From Phycisphaera mikurensis NBRC 102666 (GTDB taxonomy: Bacteria; Planctomycetota; Phycisphaerae; Phycisphaerales; Phycisphaeraceae): a DNA stretch of 32,000 nt. Both the position numbers and the translations under genes were made by a program. The stretch's first letter is position 1, and each line of letters begins with the position of its first letter. Location of the stretch: positions 2,490,001 through 2,522,000 of the forward strand of contig NC_017080.1 of NCBI RefSeq assembly GCF_000284115.1, given 5' to 3'. The notes beneath the pieces are model-generated. The model worked only from the letters and a program-made list of their open reading frames with translations. It was not told where the DNA came from and ran no database searches. This document shows, piece after piece, positions 21,426-32,000 of the stretch.

Positions 21426-22106
21426 CTAGGCCCAGGCGGTCGGCTGGCCGTCGAGGCGCCCGGTCCGGGTCCCGTGCCGGCGAGCCCAGGTGATGAGCGC
21501 CAGGACCGCCGCGGCGCAGCCGAGCAGCCCCAGGGCGACCGCGCCGCCGTAGACGCCGACGAAGCCGTCCTTGAGCCGCTGGACCGGGACCGTGCCGATC
21601 GCGATGACGCGTGGCCGCTCCGCCGCCGGCCCGATGGTGCCCTCGGCCACGTTCCCGGCCCGGCCCGGCTCGACGACCTCGAGCCGGTACCGCCCCGCCG
21701 AGGGGGCCGAAGCGGACACCAGCGAGTGCCCGGCCCGGCCGTCGGTGCGGTACACGATGGTGCTCTGCGTGGGGACCAGCTCGACCCCGACCCAGGCGGC
21801 GGGCTCCCCGGGCTCCAGACGCTCCAACGCCAGCTCCGGCTCCCACGTCGTCTCGGTGGCGAAGGCCTGCGGGCCGACGGTGGTCACCGGCTCGTAGAAG
21901 AAGTGGACCTCGCCGGGCGTTTCGAGGCGGAACTCGGCGGCGGGCGAAGCGCCCCAGAGCGCCACCCGCTGCAGGCCCTCGACGCCCGCGGACACCGCCC
22001 TCATCGCGGGAACGACCGCGGCGACGAACAGCGCCAGCCCCACCGCGAGCAGCGCCAACGCGGTCCAGTAGCCCAGGCGGCCCGGTCTGTCGGCTTGCTC
22101 AGGCAT
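21426..22106 (-). CDS. Hypothetical membrane protein (N- and C-terminal hydrophobic helices)
   Basis: Hydrophobic segments YWTALALLAVGLALFVAAVVPAM and GGAVALGLLGCAAAVLALITWA flank a beta-rich-looking middle. The ATG at 22106-22104 overlaps the ogt stop by 8 nt. An alternative GTG lies at 22133. Confidence 0.6.
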   Translation of the reverse strand: MPEQADRPGRLGYWTALALLAVGLALFVAAVVPAMRAVSAGVEGLQRVALWGASPAAEFRLETPGEVHFFYEPVTTVGPQAFATETTWEPELALERLEPGEPAAWVGVELVPTQSTIVYRTDGRAGHSLVSASAPSAGRYRLEVVEPGRAGNVAEGTIGPAAERPRVIAIGTVPVQRLKDGFVGVYGGAVALGLLGCAAAVLALITWARRHGTRTGRLDGQPTAWA

Positions 22107-22632
22107 CGCCGAACAGCGTAGAAGCCCCGCCACGCGGGCCCGCCTCGCGGTCCAGCAGCCACCGCTTCATCGCCAACCCCGCGGCGAAGCCCGTCAGCGC
22201 GCCGCCCCGGCCGAGGACCCGGTGGCACGGGACGACGACCAGCCACGGGTTCGCCCCGAGCGCCGCCCCGACCGCCCGCGCGGCCGCCGGCCGGCCCAGA
22301 CGCGACGCGAGCTCGCCGTAGGTGATCGTCTGGCCGTGCGGGACCTCCCGCGTGGCCGCCCAGACCTCGCGCTGAAAGGCCGTGCCACGCGTCGCCAGCT
22401 CCCACCCGCCGAAACCGCGGACCGAGCCCCGGAAGAAGCCGCGGAGGTCGCGGTCCGCGGAAAGCATCGCCACGCGGTCGGTGCTCTCCACCGCTCCCGC
22501 CGGCCCCGCGGCGTCCGCCGTCGCCTCCCCCCGCGCCCGCGGCCGCACCGCCCAGATCCTCGCCGCCCGCACCTCGACCACCAGCCGCGGGATCGGTCCG
22601 CCCGTCGCCACGCCGCACCGCAGGTCGTCCAT
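22099..22632 (-). CDS. ogt: Methylated-DNA--protein-cysteine methyltransferase
   Basis: The C-terminal domain reads TAFQREVWAATREVPHGQTITYGELA...ANPWLVVVPCHRVLG, which carries the PCHRV active site. ATG at 32-30 of 226xx (22632-22630). The rest of the listed 400-aa ORF upstream is not plausible coding sequence. Confidence 0.88.
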   Translation of the reverse strand: MDDLRCGVATGGPIPRLVVEVRAARIWAVRPRARGEATADAAGPAGAVESTDRVAMLSADRDLRGFFRGSVRGFGGWELATRGTAFQREVWAATREVPHGQTITYGELASRLGRPAAARAVGAALGANPWLVVVPCHRVLGRGGALTGFAAGLAMKRWLLDREAGPRGGASTLFGDA

Positions 22633-22758
22633 CCGCTCAGTGTGCCGCGCAAGCCGGCTTCCCGCCGGAGGTCGTGATGGCGCACCGGCCGGCGGCCCGA
22701 TGGCCGTACCCTGCGCTTCCGTTTCCCCCGAGAACCCCGGCCGCTTGCCCCCCACCCG

Positions 22759-23379
22759 ATGCCTCAGCCCGCCTTCCCCTCCACGTACTACCGCTGGCGC
22801 CCGCACCCCTGGCACGGCCTCGAGCCCGGCATCGAGCCGCCGATCCGCATGCAGGCCTACATCGAGATCACGCCCTTCGACCAGGTGAAGTACGAGACCT
22901 CCAAGACCACCGGCTACCTGCGCGTCGACCGCCCGCAACGCAGCAGCTCGCAGCCGCCCGCGCTCTACGGCTTCTTCCCGCGGACCTACTGCGGCGACCG
23001 GGTGACGAAGCTCTCGCCCAACGCGCAGTGCGGCGACGGCGACCCCCTGGACGTCTGCGTCATCTCCGAGCAGCCCATCAACCGCGGCGACGTGCTGGTG
23101 CACACCCGCGTGATCGGCGGCCTCCGCTGCGTCGACGGCGACGAGGCCGACGACAAGATCATCGCCATCCTCGAGGGCGACAACATCTGGGCCGACGTCG
23201 ACTGCATCTCCGACCTGCCCGACGTGCTCGTCGAGCGGCTCCGCCACTACTTCGGCACCTACAAGATGATCCCGGGCCAGCCCAGCCAGATGGAGGTCCA
23301 CGAAACCTACGACCAGGACAAGGCGACCGAGGTGATCCTCGCCTCGATGGAGGATTACGCCGAAGAATTCGGCAGCTGA
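22759..23379 (+). CDS. ppa: Family I soluble inorganic pyrophosphatase
   Basis: Motifs: [43 protein letters not shown] at 22759. Confidence 0.9.
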   Translation: MPQPAFPSTYYRWRPHPWHGLEPGIEPPIRMQAYIEITPFDQVKYETSKTTGYLRVDRPQRSSSQPPALYGFFPRTYCGDRVTKLSPNAQCGDGDPLDVCVISEQPINRGDVLVHTRVIGGLRCVDGDEADDKIIAILEGDNIWADVDCISDLPDVLVERLRHYFGTYKMIPGQPSQMEVHETYDQDKATEVILASMEDYAEEFGS

Positions 23380-23479
23380 GGGCGGGGCCCCGCGCCGGGC
23401 GTCGGGGCGGGGCGCAACGGGCGTCGGCCACGCGGGAAGCGCTGCGCCCGGGCCTTCCGATGGGGTCTAGCGTCCGGCC

Positions 23480-24352
23480 ATGCAAGACCCCCGCACCCGA
23501 TTTCCTCAGCCGCCCTTCGAGAACCAGAAGCCGTTCGAGATGCCCGGCTCGACGTCGAAGATGGACCCGACGCCCGATCACGGCGAGTCCTCCTACACCG
23601 GCTCCGGCAAGCTCAAGGGCCACCGGGCGCTGATCACCGGCGGCGACTCCGGGATCGGCCGGGCCGTGGCGATCTGCTACGCCAAGGAGGGCGCCGACGT
23701 GATGCTCAACGCCCTCTCCGAGAGCGACGACCTCACCGCCGCCGCGGCCGAGTGCCGCCTCCACGGCGGCAAGGTCGAGACCTCGCTCGGCGACCTGCGC
23801 CAGGAGTCCTTCTGCAAGGAGCTCGTGCAGCAGACCGTCTCGAAGCTCGGCGGCCTCGACGTGCTCGTCAACAACGCCGCCTACCAGGAGGTGCGCGAGT
23901 CGGTCGACGACGTCGAGAGCGAGCTCTTCGACCGCATCATGAAGACCAACGTGTACGCGCCCTTCTGGCTCTCCAAGGAGGCACTGAACCACATCGGGGC
24001 CGGCGGCTCCATCATCAACACGACGAGCATCCAGGGCTTCGACCCCACGCCGAGCCTGCTCCCTTACGCGACCACCAAGAGCGCGCTGCTGGGGATGACC
24101 AAGGCCCTCGCCGGCATGGCGATCGAGAAGGGCGTCCGGGTCAACTCGGTTGCCCCCGGACCGGTCTGGACGCCGTTCATCCCCGGCTCCATGCCCGAGG
24201 CGCAGGTGCAGAAGTTCGGCGGCAGCACCGCCTTCGGCCGCCCGGCGCAGCCCGTGGAGATGGCCGTGATGTACGTCTGGCTCGCCAGCGCGGACGCGTC
24301 CTACGTCACCGGCGAGACCTTCGGCGGCACCGGCGGGAAGATGCCGCTCTAG
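23480..24352 (+). CDS. SDR-family oxidoreductase (YghA/YdaD-like)
   Basis: Motifs: KLKGHRALITGGDSGIGRAVA (TGxxxGIG), NNAA, and SIQG...YATTKSAL (the Y-x3-K catalytic motif). Confidence 0.88.
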   Translation: MQDPRTRFPQPPFENQKPFEMPGSTSKMDPTPDHGESSYTGSGKLKGHRALITGGDSGIGRAVAICYAKEGADVMLNALSESDDLTAAAAECRLHGGKVETSLGDLRQESFCKELVQQTVSKLGGLDVLVNNAAYQEVRESVDDVESELFDRIMKTNVYAPFWLSKEALNHIGAGGSIINTTSIQGFDPTPSLLPYATTKSALLGMTKALAGMAIEKGVRVNSVAPGPVWTPFIPGSMPEAQVQKFGGSTAFGRPAQPVEMAVMYVWLASADASYVTGETFGGTGGKMPL

Positions 24353-24517
24353 CAGGCCGCTGCAGAACCTCGCGTCAGGCGAGAGCGCGGCAGAATCGTG
24401 TCTCGCGAGGAGAGCGGGACCCGCGTAGCCGTCTACTACGTGGGTTACGCTCGACGAAGTGAGACGCGATTCTGCCCGCTCGCAGCCCCGATGGGGTTCT
24501 GCAGCGGCCTGCTAGAG
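24347..24517. repeat. Long palindrome (171 nt) with 23-bp perfect terminal arms; candidate bidirectional terminator
   Basis: ctctagcaggccgctgcagaacc (24347-24369) is the exact reverse complement of ggttctgcagcggcctgctagag (24495-24517). The inner arms gcgagagcgcggcagaatcgtgtctc / gagacgcgattctgcccgctcgc also pair. The left arm contains the SDR stop codon TAG (24350-24352). Confidence 0.85.
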
Positions 24518-24546
24518 GTTGGAGGGCTGGCGGCCGGGGTGTGGCT

Positions 24547-25335
24547 TCACCGCCCCGGGGAAACGACGACGTTGTCGTGCCCGCAGACGATGAGGTCCGC
24601 GATCTCGATCGCGTCGACCAGGCTCTCCTGCGCCTTGGCGGTGTCGTAGCACCCGCGGAGCACGCGGCCGGACTCGAGGTGCTCCTGCGTGGGGACCGTG
24701 TCGCCGGCGACCAGGACAGTGCGGCCAGGCTTGATCAGCAGCAAGCCGCAGGTGCCCGGCGTGAAGCCGGGGCCGGGGAAGAGGTCGACGTTGGGCGCGA
24801 GCGCGTCCGTCGCGGCGGTGCAGCGGCGGAGGACGTTGATCTCCTCCTGCAGCAGCCGTTTGTTGGCCTCGTCCTCCTCCTCCTGGAAGCGGGCGAGCAG
24901 GGCCCGGCCGACGGCCTCGCGCTCGGGCTCGAAGAGCGTCCACTCCGCGTCCGGGAACGCCTCGAGCCCGCGGCGGTGGGACGGGCGGAAGTTCGTGAGA
25001 AAGACGACGTCGATGTCCGGGGGCCGCAGCCCGCTGCGCTCCGCCAGCCGGGCCGTCACCACGCGGCCGGGCAAGCCCGGATCGACGAGGATGTTCTTGC
25101 CCCCGCTGCGGACGAGCACCGTCGTCGCGTGCGCCGCCCCGGGCTGCTCGGCCTCGGGCGGCCAGAGCTCGTTGGTGGAGAGGGCTCCGATGGAGATGAC
25201 GCGGTGGTTCAAAACGTTCCGCTGCGCGGTTCGAGGAAAGAAGGCTCGGGATCTCGAGCGGCGGGACCCCACCTTCGACGTGGAGCTTCCGATCTCGCTC
25301 TGGAGCCGCTCCCGGGCAGGAGCGGACCCGACCAT
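24547..25335 (-). CDS. MBL-fold (metallo-beta-lactamase superfamily) protein with degenerate metal-binding motifs
   Basis: MBL-fold strand pattern: TTVLVRSGGKNILVDPG, DVVFLTNFRPSHRRG (at the HxHxDH position), FPGPGFTPG (at the PGHTPG position), LVAGDTV and VCGHDN. The ATG at 25335 lies 5 nt after the coaD stop. Confidence 0.7.
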   Translation of the reverse strand: MVGSAPARERLQSEIGSSTSKVGSRRSRSRAFFPRTAQRNVLNHRVISIGALSTNELWPPEAEQPGAAHATTVLVRSGGKNILVDPGLPGRVVTARLAERSGLRPPDIDVVFLTNFRPSHRRGLEAFPDAEWTLFEPEREAVGRALLARFQEEEDEANKRLLQEEINVLRRCTAATDALAPNVDLFPGPGFTPGTCGLLLIKPGRTVLVAGDTVPTQEHLESGRVLRGCYDTAKAQESLVDAIEIADLIVCGHDNVVVSPGR

Positions 25336-25340
25336 ACCGC

Positions 25341-25922
25341 TCAGGTCCCCTCCGCCTGGTCGACGTGCCGCCACGGCAGCTTGCCGCCGAGCGCCCGCTT
25401 CTTCTCTTCGAGCTTCTCGAGCACCTCCGGGGGGAGCAGCTTGGCGAGGCGCGAGGTGTCGCCGGCGCTGGCGATCTGCTTGATCAAGGTGGAACTGGTG
25501 AAGGCGTGCACCTCGCCGGTCATGATGAAGACGGTCTCCACGTCCGCGATCGCCCGGTTGGTGAGGGCGAGCTGGAACTCGAAGTTCAGGTCCGTCACGT
25601 TGCGGATCCCGCGCAGAATCGCGACGGCACCGATGTCGCGGGCGTAGTCGACGGTCAGCCCCGCGAAGGCGTCGACGCGGACGTTGGTGCCCGCCACGAG
25701 CCGGCCGATCATCGCGATCCGCTCGTCCACGCTGAAGACCTCCCGCTTCGCGGGGTTCCGCCCGATGGCGACCACCAGCTCGTCGAAGAGGTGCCGGCCC
25801 CGGTGGATCACGTCGAGGTGCCCGTTGGTCAGCGGGTCGAAGCTCCCCGGGAACAGCCCCACCCGGTGCGGCCGCGGAGGAGATCCCGCGGACCGCGGCC
25901 GGTTTTCGCTGTGTTCGCTCAC
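25341..25922 (-). CDS. coaD: Phosphopantetheine adenylyltransferase
   Basis: GLFPGSFDPLTNGHLDVIHRG...VVAIGRNPAKR...ILRGIRN..DFE.E. The listed start is a GTG at 25922. An internal GTG at 25862 (giving M-GLFPGSFDP) would match the usual CoaD N-terminus better. Confidence 0.88.
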   Translation of the reverse strand: MSEHSENRPRSAGSPPRPHRVGLFPGSFDPLTNGHLDVIHRGRHLFDELVVAIGRNPAKREVFSVDERIAMIGRLVAGTNVRVDAFAGLTVDYARDIGAVAILRGIRNVTDLNFEFQLALTNRAIADVETVFIMTGEVHAFTSSTLIKQIASAGDTSRLAKLLPPEVLEKLEEKKRALGGKLPWRHVDQAEGT

Positions 25923-25993
25923 GGTCCGCGGAAGCTAACGGCTCATCCGCCGCCGCGGAGCCCGTGGGGCCCGCAACGGCCCGCCCGACCGCT

Positions 25994-28792
<2,799 letters not shown>

Positions 28793-28914
28793 TTAGCAGA
28801 TTTCGAGGCGGTCCGGGGGCGGCGGACGCCGCGGCGAGCCGCTGGAACGCGGAGCCGAAGCCGCCGCCAGCGGGGTCGGGCGGCGCGGCCCGAGCCACCC
28901 GGTATCGTTCCCGG

Positions 28915-29319
28915 ATGCCCCCGCTCCTGCTCGCCGAAGCCGAAACCCTGGCGCTCTACGGCCCGCTTCTGCTGCTGCTGTTCGCGGCGATCGGCTTCGG
29001 CTTCGGCAACCTCCTGCTCACGCACCTCTTCGGGCCGCGACGCAAGGAGACCCGCAAGGGGCTGGTGTACGAGTCGGGCATGAACCCGATCGGCGACACC
29101 AAGAAGCGGTTCAACGTCCGCTTCTTCGTGGTGGCGATGACCTTCCTGCTCTTCAGCATCGAGATCGCGTTCCTGCACCCCTGGGCGAGCGTCTTCGGGG
29201 CGCTCTCGGCGGAGAGCGGCCTGCACGGCGTCTTCCTCGCCAGGATGCTGTTCTTCGTGCTCACCAGCGTCATCGCCTTCGCCTACGCCTGGCGGAAGGG
29301 CGTCTTCCGCTACGACTGA
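28915..29319 (+). CDS. nuoA: NADH-quinone oxidoreductase subunit A (ND3 family), not followed by nuoB-N
   Basis: 134 aa with three hydrophobic helices. The sequence YESGMNPIGDTKKRFNVRFFVVAMTFLLFSIEIAFLHPWA matches the NuoA/ND3 signature (Y/F-E-S/C-G ... F..A..F..FD.E). Confidence 0.85.
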   Translation: MPPLLLAEAETLALYGPLLLLLFAAIGFGFGNLLLTHLFGPRRKETRKGLVYESGMNPIGDTKKRFNVRFFVVAMTFLLFSIEIAFLHPWASVFGALSAESGLHGVFLARMLFFVLTSVIAFAYAWRKGVFRYD

Positions 29320-29333
29320 GGGATCCGCTCCAG

Positions 29334-29611
29334 CGCAGGCCGGACCGCCACGCGGTCCGGAACCGCTGCACAGCAGCGGCTCAGGTGCGGCGAGTGCTCC
29401 CGACACCGAACCGCCGATCGAGCGGCGGGCGAGAACCTTGCAACACCGGCCGCTTGGGAAGGCTTCCCGGAGGGACCACCACAACGCTCCCGCGCCAGCC
29501 GCTTTGAGCTGTCAGCCGCTTTGCGTTCCCGCCCTGCACATCCCAGCAGCTTTGCCGCACCTGGCCACCCGCTGCGCGGGTGTTCCGGACCGCGTGGCGG
29601 TCCGGCCTGCG
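29334..29611. repeat. 278-nt element bounded by 30-bp perfect inverted repeats (MITE-like element or long structured RNA)
   Basis: 29334-29363 (cgcaggccggaccgccacgcggtccggaac) is the exact reverse complement of 29582-29611. Each arm contains its own 9-bp hairpin CCGGACCGC-nnn-GCGGTCCGG. Inner pairing: 29382-29391 with 29554-29563. Confidence 0.85.
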
Positions 29612-29944
29612 GTTGGAGGTCTTCGGCTTCGCCACACCGGGCGGTGGTGGGGAAGCTGGTTCCGACCCTCGGCGGATTTGCGGCTTTCAGCCCTCCCGGT
29701 ATCCTGGCGCGCGGCGGGATCCACGATGGGCGTGGATCGCGACCACACGCGCCCCAGCCGGGGCTTGAACGCCGGTCCGCGGACCGGCCCAACCCAGGAC
29801 CCTCCGGGTCCGGCTCCTCCCTCCCGGGCGGCTCGTTTCCGACCATCGAGTTCTCGATCGCGTCGGCTGGAAAGCCTCCCAACCAGTTGAAACGCCCGAG
29901 ACCGGGACCCCACCGGTCGGGCACCCCCAAGGACCTCCGCCTCC

Positions 29945-30910
29945 ATGGCCGACAGCACCCCCGCCTCTCCCGCTTCCTCGTCCCCGGCCTCGCTCGTCAA
30001 GAGCCTGATCGACGCGGGCATCCACTTCGGCCACCGCGCCAACTCGTGGAACCCGAAGATGACGCCGTACATCTTCGGCAAGCGGAACCGCATCCACATC
30101 ATCGACGTGAAGGAGACCATCAAGGGCCTCCTGCTGGCCCGCAAGTTCATCACCAAGGAAGTCGCGGCCGGCAAGGACGTGCTCTTCGTGGGCACGAAGC
30201 GCCAGGCCCGCTCGATCGTGGAGAGCCACGTCAAGGAGTGCGGGATGCACTACGTGACGGAGCGCTGGCTCGGCGGCACGCTGACGAACTTCTCAACGAT
30301 CCGCCAGCGCCTCAAGCGTCTCGAGGAGCTCGAGCAGCTCGAGGAATCCGGTGAGATCGCCAACTACTCCAAGAAGATGGAGGCGACGCTTAACCGGGAG
30401 AAGTCCAAGATCAAGCGGAACCTCGAGGGCATCCGCAACATGGGGAAGCTACCCGGCCTCATGGTCATCATCGACGTGAACGCCGAGCAGAACGCCGTGA
30501 AGGAAGCCCGCAAGCTGGGCATCCCGATCGTGGCCCTGCTCGACACCGACTCCAACCCCGACGACGCCGACATCGCCATCCCCGGCAACGACGACGCGAT
30601 GCGGGCGATCGAGATCGTCGTCGATCAACTCGCCCGGGCCGCCAACGAGGGCCGCGGCAAGCGGCCGCAGTCGGCGCCCTCGGCCGAGGGCATGGTCGAC
30701 GGCGACGGCAACCAGGCCCCGGGCGATCCCCGCGGCCCCAAGGGCCCGGGCGGCCGCCGCAGCAACCGCGCCCAGTTCAGCGCGAAGGACACGCCCGGCG
30801 AGACGGCCGAGGAGGCCCAGGGCGGCACCGCCGCCGAGCCGATCGACGACGGCAAGGTCGACGGCGCAACCGCCGACAAGCCGGCTCATCAGCCCGCCGC
30901 GACGGTCTGA
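29945..30910 (+). CDS. rpsB: 30S ribosomal protein S2 (with about 85-aa low-complexity C-terminal tail)
   Basis: Motifs: LIDAGIHFGHRANSWNPKMTPYIFGKRNRIHIIDV, FVGTKRQA, RWLGGTLTNF, ALLDTDSNPD. Confidence 0.95.
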   Translation: MADSTPASPASSSPASLVKSLIDAGIHFGHRANSWNPKMTPYIFGKRNRIHIIDVKETIKGLLLARKFITKEVAAGKDVLFVGTKRQARSIVESHVKECGMHYVTERWLGGTLTNFSTIRQRLKRLEELEQLEESGEIANYSKKMEATLNREKSKIKRNLEGIRNMGKLPGLMVIIDVNAEQNAVKEARKLGIPIVALLDTDSNPDDADIAIPGNDDAMRAIEIVVDQLARAANEGRGKRPQSAPSAEGMVDGDGNQAPGDPRGPKGPGGRRSNRAQFSAKDTPGETAEEAQGGTAAEPIDDGKVDGATADKPAHQPAATV

Positions 30911-30944
30911 GCCCCGGACGCTGCCGAGTCTGAACCCCAAGCAT

Positions 30945-30984
30945 CCGCCGCGGGCCCGGTCGACGCCGGGCCGGCGGCTTTTCT
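30945..30984 (+). terminator. GC-rich hairpin followed by CTTTTCT between rpsB and tsf (candidate attenuator/partial terminator)
   Basis: Outer stem ccgcc (30945-49) / ggcgg (30973-77). Inner stem ggcccgg (30953-59) / ccgggcc (30966-72) with a 6-nt loop. Then cttttct at 30978-30984. This is the only hairpin plus T-run I found in the window. Confidence 0.45.
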
Positions 30985-31033
30985 GCCGCAGGGCAGAGCC
31001 TTCCCACGAACCCCAAGACAGGAGTCCCTCCCC

Positions 31034-31858
<825 letters not shown>

Positions 31859-31902
31859 GGACGGGGCCGTCGCGGGTCGATGCTTCTCACGAGCAGGACC
31901 GA

Positions 31903-31969
31903 CCGCAGATGCCCGCAGATCGAAGGGCAGATGGAAGGGCAGGTGGGAGAGCAGATGAGATGAAGCAGG
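31903..31969 (+). repeat. Short tandem array of GCAGRTG-containing 10-12-nt units
   Basis: gaagggcagatg (31922-33), gaagggcaggtg (31934-45) and ggagagcagatg (31946-57), plus degenerate flanking units (ccgcagatg, cccgcagatc, agatgaagcagg). The array lies at the window edge. Confidence 0.5.
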
Positions 31970-32000
31970 CCTCCTCGGAGCTCCCGCTGCAGTCCGTCCC

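Noticed and set aside
29310-29930. 206-aa (-) and 150-aa (+, 29438-29890) ORFs in the nuoA-rpsB gap as protein genes.
   Set aside because: Their composition is Arg/Pro/Gly-rich with no motifs, and they are built across the inverted repeats. The region is better explained as non-coding structured DNA or RNA.

Overview
Very GC-rich (well above 70% by eye), gene-dense bacterial chromosomal window. I can support about 24 protein-coding genes. I saw no rRNA, tRNA, CRISPR array, transposase or integrase. Most genes are housekeeping: gyrB, coaD, rpsB-tsf, ettA, gcvT, ppa, ogt, metY, cysH, a lone nuoA and a GH2 beta-galactosidase. The high GC, a PEP-CTERM tail and mostly absent Shine-Dalgarno sequences fit a Planctomycetota-like organism, but that is inference only. 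Many long antisense ORFs in the track are GC artefacts. Main points of interest: (1) A minus-strand cluster encodes a 1337-aa membrane-anchored, coiled-coil, three-module FtsK/SpoIIIE (EccC/EssC-like) ATPase in which only the middle module keeps Walker A/B. Its stop codon lies 2 nt from the start of a cytoplasmic PAS histidine kinase, which is followed by a stand-alone receiver. No other type VII secretion or conjugation genes are visible. (2) Several unusually long imperfect palindromes (about 145-280 nt) start at or a few nt after stop codons. They include a GAAG/CTTC-armed element present in 2.5 copies around a GT2 gene, and a 30-bp perfect inverted repeat inside a 625-nt non-coding gap between nuoA and rpsB. 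(3) A lower-GC HepT/MntA-like pair has the HEPN catalytic Arg replaced by Gln. (4) An MBL-fold protein has lost most metal-binding histidines. (5) A structured 211-nt metY leader that I cannot classify. All functional calls come from motif recognition by eye; no database search was possible.
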